From NCBI GenBank assembly GCA_030390025.1, contig CM059432.1, positions 109,804,001 to 109,868,000 of the forward strand: 64,000 nt of DNA, given 5' to 3'. A program made the position numbers and the translations under genes. Positions 54,745 through 64,000 of this stretch are shown here, piece by piece; the first letter of the stretch is position 1, and each line of letters opens with the position of its first letter. The notes below the pieces were generated by a model. The model searched no databases, was not told the origin of the DNA, and saw only the letters and a list, made by a program, of their open reading frames with translations. Source of the DNA: Squalus acanthias (Eukaryota).

Positions 54745-57700
54745 AGTGGGGAGAGAGAACGGCCCAGACTCACCGGCGGCAGTAATCGAAGTGTGACGTC
54801 ACCAGAAAGCAGGTAAGTGATTGGTTGGCGAGTATTTCTCTTCCTTGCTTTTTTCCAAAGTTAATTTTTGTGGTTTATAGTTTCTAGGGTCTCGTGTAGT
54901 GGGGAGTGCAAGTAAACAAAGGCCCTTGAGTATATCATTTAATTGTTGTGTAATTGGTGGTATTGATTTGATTTAATTTAATTTGAATTAATTAAAGGGT
55001 AAGTCATGGCAGCACAGCTCGGCCCTGTGGTATGCTCCTCCTGCACTATGTGGAAAATCAGGGACGAAGTGTCCCTGACGACCATGTGTGCGGGAAATGT
55101 ATCCAGCTGCAGCTACTGACAGACCACATTGCGGCGCTGGAGCTGCGAATGGATACATACTGGAGCATTCGCGATGCTGAGGACAGCGTGGATAGCACAT
55201 TTAGGGAGTTGGTCACAATGCAGGTAAAGGCTGCACAGGCAGGAAGGGAATGGATGACCACCAGGCAAATTAGTAGGCGCAGGCAGGTAGTGCAGGGTCC
55301 CCTGTGGCCATCCCCCTCTCAAACAGATATACCACTTTGGATATTGTTGAGGGAGATGGCTTATCGGGGGGAGGCAGCAGCAGCCAACTTCCTGGCACCA
55401 TGGGTGATCCTGCTGCACAGGACGGGAGGAAAAAGAACGGGAAAGCTATAGTGATGGGGGATTCTAGGGGAATAGATAGGCGTTTCTGCAGCCGCAAATG
55501 AGACTCCAGGATGGTATGTTGCCTCCCTGGTGCAAGGGTCAAGGATGTCTCGGGGCGGCTGCAGGGCATTCTGGAGGGGGAGGGTGAACAGCCAGTTGTC
55601 GTGGTGCATATAGGTACCAACGATATAGGTAAAAAACGGGATGAGGTCCTAAAAGCTGAATATAGGGAGTTAGGAGGTAAATTTAAAAATAGGACCGCAA
55701 AAAGGTAGTCTCAGGATTGCTACCAGTGCCACATGCTAGTCAGAGTAGAAATAGAAGGATATTTCAGATGAATACGTAGCTAGAGGAATGGTGCAAGGGG
55801 GAGGGATTCAAATTCCTGGGACATTGGAACTGGTTCTGGGGGAGGTGGGACCAGTACAAACTGGACGGTTTACACCTGGGCAGGACCGGAACCGATGTCC
55901 TAGGGGGAGTGCTTGCTAGTGCTGTTGGGGAAGATTTAAACTAAAATGGCAGGGGGTTGGGAACCTGTGCAGGGAGACAGAGGAAAGGGAAGCAAGGATA
56001 GAAACAAAAGACAGGAAGGAGAAAAGCAAAAGTGGAAGGCAGAGAAATCAAGGGTGTAAATCAAACAGGGCCACAGTAAATAATAATTCTAAAAGGACTA
56101 AGTGTTAAAAAATTAAGCCTGAAGGCTTTGTGTCTTAATGTGAGGTGCATTCGTAATAAGGTGGATGAATTAGCTGCGCAAATAGATGTAAACGGATATG
56201 ATATAATTGGGATTACGGAGACATGGCTCCAGGGTGACCAAGATTGGGAATTCAACATCCAGGGGTATTCAATATTCAGGAAGGACAGGAAAAAAGGAAA
56301 AGGAGGTGGGGTACCATTGCTGGTTAAAGGGGAGATTAATATTAAGGAAGGATATTACCTCTGATGATGTGGAATCTGTATGGGCAGAGCTGAGAAATAC
56401 AAAGGGGCAGAAAACATTAGTGGGAGTTGTATACAGACCTCCAAACAGTAATGCTGAGGTTGGGGATGGCATTAAACGGGAAATTAGAGACACGTGCAAT
56501 AAGGGCACAGCAGTTATCATGGGTGACTAATCTACATATAGATTGGGCTAATCAAATTAGTAACAATACTGTGGAGGAGGAATTCCTAGAGTGTATACGG
56601 GATGGTTTCCTGGACCAATATGTCGAGGAACCAACTAGAGATCAGGCCATCTTAGACTGGGTATTATGTAATGAGAAAGGATTAATTAGCAATCTTGTTG
56701 TGCGAGGCCCCTTGGGGCGGAGCGATCATAATATGATAGAATTCTTCAGAGTGAAGTAGTTGACTCAGAGACTAGGGTCCTGAATTTAAATAAAGGAAAC
56801 TATGATGGTATGAGGCACGAGTTGGCTAGGATGGATTGAGGAACGTTACTTAAAGGGTTGATGGTGGATAGGCAATGGCAAACATTTAAAGATCGCATGG
56901 ATAAACTACAGAATTTGTTCATCCCTGTTTGGCATAAAAATAAAACAAAAAAAGTGACACAACCGTGGCTAACAAGGGAAATTAGGGATAGCATAAGATC
57001 CAAGGAGAGGACATATAATTTGGCTAGAAAAAGCAGCAAACCTGAGGATTGGGAGCAGTTTAGGATTCAGCAAAGGAGGACAAAGGGATTAATTAAGAGG
57101 GGGGAAATAGAGTATGAGAGTAAGCTTGCAGGGAACATGAAAACTGACTGCAAAAGCTTCTATAGATATGTGAAGAGAAAAAGATTGGTGAAGTCAAGCA
57201 TAGGTCCCTTGGTCAGAATCAGGGGAATTTATAATGGGGAACAAAGAAATGGCAGACCAATTAAATACATACTTTGGTTCTGTCTTCACAAAGGAGGACA
57301 CAAATAATCTCCCAGAGATGTCGTGGAACATAGGGTCTAATGAGAGGGAGGAATTGAATGAAATCAGTATTTGTAGGGAAATGGGGTTAGGGAAATTGAC
57401 GGGATTGAAGGCCGATAAATCCCCAGGGCCTGATAATCTACATCCTAGGGTACTTAAGGAAGTGGCCCTAGAAATAGTAGATGCATTGCTGGTCATCTTC
57501 CAAAATTCTATAGACTCTGGAACAGTTCCCATGAATTGGAGGATAGCTAATGTAACCCCACTATTTAAAAAAGGTGGTAGAGAGAAAACAGGGAATTATA
57601 GACCTGACATCAGTAGTGGGGAAAATGCTAGAGTCCATTATAAAAGATGTAATAGCAGAGCACTTTGAAAACAGTGACAGGATCGGACAAAGTCAACATG

Positions 57701-59012
57701 GATTGACAAAAGGTAAATCATGCTTGACTAATCTACTGGAATTTTTTGAGGATGTAACTCGTAGAATAGATAAGGGAGAACCAGCGGATGTGCTGTATTT
57801 GGACTTTCAGAAGGCTTTCGATAAGGTCCCGCATAAGAGATTAGCGTGCAAAGTTAAAGCACATGGGATTGGGGGTAAGGTACTGTCTTGGATAGAGAAC
57901 TGGTTGGCAGACAGGAAGCAAAGAGTTGGAATAAACGGGTCTTTTTGAGTGGCAGGCAGTGACTAGTGGGGTACCGCAGGGATCGGTGCTAGGACCCCAG
58001 CTATTCACTAAATAAATAAATAATATATATATATATATACACACATACACACACACAATCTAGATGAGGGAACTAGATGTAATATCTCCAAGTTTGCAGA
58101 TGACACAATGCTGGGTGGGCGTGTGTGCTGTGAGGAGGATGCAGAGAAACTCCAGTATGATTTGGACAGGTTGGGTGATTATACTGCATTTGCTATGCAT
58201 CTGCCCAATGTGGATAAATGCGAGGTTATCCACTTCAGTGGCAAAACCGAGAAGACAGATTATCTGAACGGAAATAGATTGGGAAAAGGGGAAGTGCAAC
58301 GAGACCTGGGTGTCCTTGTGCACCAGTCGCTGAAGGTAAGCATGCAGGTGCAGCAGGCGGTTAAGGCGGCAAATGGTATGTCGGCCTTCATAGCGAGAGG
58401 ATTAGAGTACAGGAGCAAGGATGTCTTGCTGCAGTTGTACAGGGCCTTGGTGAGACCCTGCCTTGAGTTGTGTGTGCAGTTTTGGTCGCCTTATCTGAGG
58501 AAGGATGTTCTTGCCATGGAAGGAGTGCAGCGAAGATTCACCAGGCTGATACCTGGGATGGCAGGAATGACGTATGAGGAGAGATTGGGTCGATTAGGCT
58601 TATACTCGCTAGAGTTTAGAAGAATGAGAGGGGATCTCATTGAAACTTATAAAATTCTAACAGGACTAGACAGACTAGATGCAGGAAGGATGTGCCTGAT
58701 GGTGGGGGAGTCCAGAACCAGGGGTCACAGTCTAAGGATAAGGGGTAAGCCATTTAGGGCTGAGATGAGGAGGAATGTCTTCACCCAGAGAGTGGTGAAC
58801 CTGTGGAATTCTCTACCACACAAGGCAGTTGAGGCCAATTCATTAAATATATTCAAGAATGAATTAGATATATTTCTTAAGGCTAAAGGGATCAAGGGAT
58901 ATGGGGAGAAAGCAGGGACAGGGTACTGAATTTGGATGATCAGCCATGATCTCATTAAATGGCAGAACAGGGTTGAGGGGCCGAATGGCCTACTGCTGCT
59001 CCTATCTATGAT
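54745..59012 (+). mobile_element. Full-length degenerate CR1, copy 2
   Basis: Duplicate of 25822-30090. Confidence 0.95.
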
Positions 59013-59277
59013 CCTATTCTCTTTACATTACTTTCCAATACATCCTGAAAGAAATCAGAGCCCATAATTATCCTAAATGTACTCATCCTTCAGCTGCATT
59101 ATATTTAAATGCAATGATTTTAAAGGTACATATTTTCAGATGAGCAGATTGGACATTGTAAAGCATTAGCAGAAGCTCTGCAGGCTTAGCAGTTAGACTA
59201 GAATACATTGTACATAAATTCTACCAGCACTTGGCAATGCTATGGCCAGAGTACATTGTAAAGCTTTGATATATGCG

Positions 59278-59621
59278 GGCAACACGGTGGCATAGTGGTT
59301 AGCACAGTTGCCTCACAGCGCCAGGGACCCGGGTTCGAATCCGGCCATGGGTGACTGTCTGTGTGGAGTTTGCACATTCTCCCCGTGTCTGCGTGGGTTT
59401 CCTCCGGGTGCTCTGGTTTCCTCCCAGAGTCCAAAGATGTGCGGGTTAGGTTGATTTGGCCATGATAAATTGACCCTTAGTGTTAGGGGGATTAAATTGA
59501 TCCTTAGTGTTAGGGAGATTAAATACGTGGGGTTACGGGGATAGGGTGGGATATGTGTCGGTGCAGGCTCGATGGGCCGAAATGGCCTCTATCTGCACTG
59601 TGGGGATTCTGTGATTCTGTG
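59278..59621 (+). mobile_element. tRNA-derived SINE, copy 2
   Basis: Duplicate of 30356-30699; B box here is GGTTCGAATCC. Confidence 0.85.
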
Positions 59622-60409
59622 CTATAACTAGCGTAGCCTTACAATGCAGAGTATGGTGTTCAATTTTGCCTATAAACCATTAAAAAATAAACTGCATTAA
59701 GAGGGCAACAAGGCTGATCTCAAGTATAAAGGGGGAGAATTATGAGGAAAGATTAGAGAAGCTTAAGGGGTGGAACCTCATCAAGTTAGAGGAATTAAAT
59801 GGTGGACGATAAGGGAATCCCGATTGTATTTTAAATAACCCTAATGCTTTGCCCCAATTACCTCACCTAGTTGATTATTCCAAATTTACTTTTCACAAAC
59901 TCTCCTAGTTTAACTTTTTTGGTGCATTTCTAAGTGATAAATGGGCATTTACCTACTTACCTGGACATTTGAAAAGGGATACATCTCCAATTAGTTCCAG
60001 GTCTCTCCACTCAATTCCATTCATGATGTACATTTTTCTTGACCCATGTACAAGATTTCAAATTTGCGGGCATAAAGTTTATTCTGCCATGAATCTGCCA
60101 AAAACCAAATCATCTGCTGCAGCTTCAGCCTCTCCCTGTTTGCAAATGCAACTAGGTTACAATTGGTTTTGTTATTAATTAGATTGGAATCAGCTACAGC
60201 ACTCAAAGTACATTTACTGAAAGATTAGATTTTCACCATGTAGAAATTATTTAAAATGAGACATACGCTTTGCATTGAAAACTTACACATTTCAGGGTAC
60301 CTACTTCATGGATAAATCATTCTTACAGTAAACCACCAATTAGCATTTCAAAAAGTACAGGAAATTGCCACGGCTATTGTTTTAAAACATACATGCAAGA
60401 ACTGAAAGA

Positions 60410-60780
60410 CTTGTATTTCTATAGCGCCTTTCACGACCTCAGGACATCCCGAAGCATTGTATAGCCAATGAAGAAGTATTTTTTTAAAAATAGGAAGAGC
60501 ATGGTCACTGCTGTAATGCAAGAAACACAGCAGACAATTTGTGCACTGCAAGATCCCACAAACAGCAATGTGATAATGACCAGACAATCTGCCTTAGTGA
60601 TGTTGGTTGAGGGTTAAATATTGGCCAGGACACAGGAGAATGCCCCTGCTCTTAAGTGTGCCGTGGGACATTTTTGTCCACCTGAGGGGGCATTTGGAGC
60701 CTAATGTCTCATCCGAAAGACAGCACCTCAGACAGTGCAGCACTGTTAGTACTGCACTGAAGTGTCAGGGAGTGGAACTC
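60410..60780 (-). mobile_element. Deu-domain SINE remnant, copy 2
   Basis: Duplicate of 31490-31860. Confidence 0.6.
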
Positions 60781-63700
60781 TGGTTTCTTAAAGTTAATAT
60801 TCCTGCCATAGGCAGTTTTTAAAAGGAGGATATTTTGTGGTGGCAAGTTTGAACGTTCAGATATTTTGTTCATAGGATGTCAAAAAAGTGTTGCTGCATA
60901 GTAAATAGAAGTTTAACCTACAATACAAAATGCTGTAAAAATGTTATTTTATTTTTTTAATGGTTCAACATACAATTAAAATGTTCTTCGAGCAAGGGCA
61001 TCAGCCTTTAACACTTCAGTGTTTTTCAGCTTCATAACACCACAATACCCAAGCTACAACATTTACTGCAAGTCTAATGTTAGTGGTTAGAATCACTTTC
61101 ATTTTCTTACAATTCGCACTGCCATACAAATTTCATAGCTCTGCACTACCCACACAAAAACCGGAGTGTCCAAACAAGGTTTATATTTTGCAGCAATTCT
61201 TCATAGTATCCCTCAATTCTACAGTGCAAATAACCCCTACTTTGAAATACACATTAAACATTTAAAACACATGACAAAAGGCAAATACATCTAAATAAAA
61301 GGACAGAACAAATGATATACATTCTAGGTTCCCAGCATTCCAGATTTAGTGACATCGTCCTGATGTTCCTGGTTGAAAATGTAAAGAATTCAACTGCAGT
61401 TTTATTAAGTCTTATCTTAACTGCAATTTCTTTTATCAGTAAACTTCAGCCAATAGAAAGTGAGTAGAGTGGACTGGATGCCGGGGGTGGGGGGGGGGGG
61501 GGGGGGGGAAGCTTCTGAACCAAGCATGCCAATCTTCATTCTTCCATTTCCCCATCAGTCTCTCTGCAGGGCCTGGGGACCAATATGAACGACAAAATAT
61601 TTTTTTATTTTTACAAAAAACAAGATGTATAACTGCTATTTGAACCAAAATGCATAATTCAATTCTGAAGATGGTAGCCCCAAATATCAAGACAACTGAA
61701 TTGTGTTCTGGGCCATTAGGCCCAAAAATATGGCACGTTTTACAGGATTGTAAGTTCTTTTAGCAGTTATCATCTGCATAATTCATTTGCCGCACTCCTG
61801 ATGGATGCAACCTGTAAAGATTTTAAATAAGGCATATTCAGATAAGTTTTTATTTACAAGTTTTACACTGCTTTTCTACAGTACAGCCCAGCTTGATTAT
61901 ATGCGTGTGTATCTGCTATTGCGCATTAGTGACTCATTTGAAAAGCCAGAATCTGCCTCAAAATGTCACTTAAAATTACTTTGATATGACAAGTACAGTG
62001 AAATCCACATACATGCAATTCTAGCAAGTTAGATAACAGAAAACATTAAGAGTCCCAGTTTGTCCCTAACTTAGATGTAACAGGTTTGATTGTTCAAAGT
62101 AACTCATGTTCATCCCAAGTTATCGTAATGACAGGATTCCATGCTGTGACAGAGCACACCTTCAGTTTTCTCATTCGTATACACAGATTAATTTTAACCC
62201 AACTCGCCAGGTGGGAAACCCATGGGATCGGATGGAACGCCAGTTTTACACCCCACCCAATATTACTCTCCAATGACCTCAATTGGGCAGGGTGTAAAAC
62301 CAACGTTGCACCCGATCCAGCAAGTTTCCCGATGAACGGGTTAGGTTACAATTGCCCCGAGAGTCTGCCTTGTATGGGTTGTCACAGCAGGTGCAAGCTT
62401 CCCAAGAGGCCATATATAGCAAGGAGCTCAATGAAATCAAACTCCAGTATGATCAATTCCCATTGGTGACTAAAGGAGAAAACTAAAATCAATTCACTAG
62501 TGCAGATATAATGTACAACTCCATTCGCAGTTTAAAAAATTGGAGACCATAATTTAAGCCCAGGCATTTGTAACATCAAGTTTCCCATCTTCTCTCAATA
62601 CCAAAACAACAGTTTTATTAAATTCCAGGGGGCTCAATAACTAAGTCAAGTCTTCAATTTGCTAACAGCAAAACAAAAACATTGACTACTGCTTCAATAA
62701 CCCAATGCTTAGTCATACAAGTGAAATTTCTCAAGAACACGAGAATGCCAGTTTTTCTCCAATTAACATGTTAACAAAATCACACTTCAACAGACGCGTT
62801 CCTGATATTTTGTTGTCATTAATTACGGCGAGAAAAGGGGCAATATCCCTTTTATCGTTGAGGAATTTTAGGCCCAATGATTTAATGACCTTTTACTCCG
62901 ACTATCAACTCATGTTTGGAATTGCCGTAGAATACTGTACAAGGAAACTAAGATAACTTATGCATGTGCAGATTTTTCCTATTAATTTCAATGGTGCCAA
63001 GTGTCAGTGAGATATTGGGATTTAAAAAAAAAGCTGCTGTGCACTCTACTGATGAAAGCATAATTTTGTCTTCTAACCTTTATCATTAGAAACCCCTAGC
63101 TCCAACTTAATAGCCTCAATGGATTACTAGCACATCCATAAAAGGCAAAACAAATGCCAAGTGTCCAAAGTGTAGCCTCCAATAAACCAACTAAGCTTAT
63201 TAACCACTATGCACCAGGTTTTGTCTCAGCTTGCAACAGCTTAAAAGTGAATTCTTGATGAATGCAATTGTTAACAGCAAGTGTTTTTGGTTAGAAAATT
63301 CAACGGTGAAAAACCAGCGTTATCAATTGAACTTATTAAAAAAAACCTGATGTCTACTTGTAACAGCAAACACACAGATCTGGCAAGATCAAGTTCCGCT
63401 TAATAGCAACTATTCTCTCCCAAATAGCAGCGCTCAAGTCTCAGTTGTACCAGAGGAAATTAAAAAAATGTTGTATAGAATCTACAAATCCAGATAGTTC
63501 GGACTCAATGTGATTTAAGAAAGTGCTTTGCCTCGTGAGAGAAGTGAGTCACCACTTTTCATTTTGTAATTTAAATGACTGAACTGATTAACCATCCCTA
63601 GACAAGACCCACCCAGACAAAGAAACCTTTCCAATGGTATTTTGTAAAAACAAATATGAACCTGAAGCCCAGATATCAATTGACATCTCACAAAAAGAAG

Positions 63701-63877
63701 TGCTTTGGATTGACATTAAACCTCCTGATCAATTGTGTCCTAAAGTTGGCTCCAATTCATGCTTTCTGAAACCTGAATATGTAAGACATGTACCTTCAAT
63801 TACTCTGAAGGAACAGCAAATGAAATGAGATACTTAGTATGTTTAGACTTCTAAAATGGTTTAGTCTGCAGAGTTTA

Positions 63878-64000
<123 letters not shown>

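Overview
Vertebrate nuclear DNA, most likely a shark or other cartilaginous fish. This is inferred from dense CR1 LINEs, an HE1-like tRNA SINE, a Deu-domain SINE and a Penelope-type foldback. The only host coding sequence is RALA coding exons 3 (209 nt) and 4 (175 nt) on the minus strand, each present twice because ~7.3-35.1 kb is repeated almost identically at ~36.2-64 kb (period ~28.9 kb). The two exons total 384 nt with phase-0 ends, so the duplication is in frame. The window also holds a degraded retrovirus-like LTR element: 288-bp LTR, tRNA-Arg-like PBS, gag, in-frame TGA, protease, YVDD RT, tether plus second RNase H, and integrase. It resembles spuma/lokiretrovirus-type elements more than ordinary Gypsy. 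It appears circularly permuted (3' region - PPT - single LTR - PBS - gag-pol) and is flanked on both sides by the same 20-bp minisatellite. Its gag is split by an RTE LINE whose two halves lie 10.6 kb apart with the RALA exons between them, which exposes the rearrangement breakpoints. The rest is nested CR1, L2, SINE and MITE debris. An assembly artefact cannot be excluded for part of the duplication.
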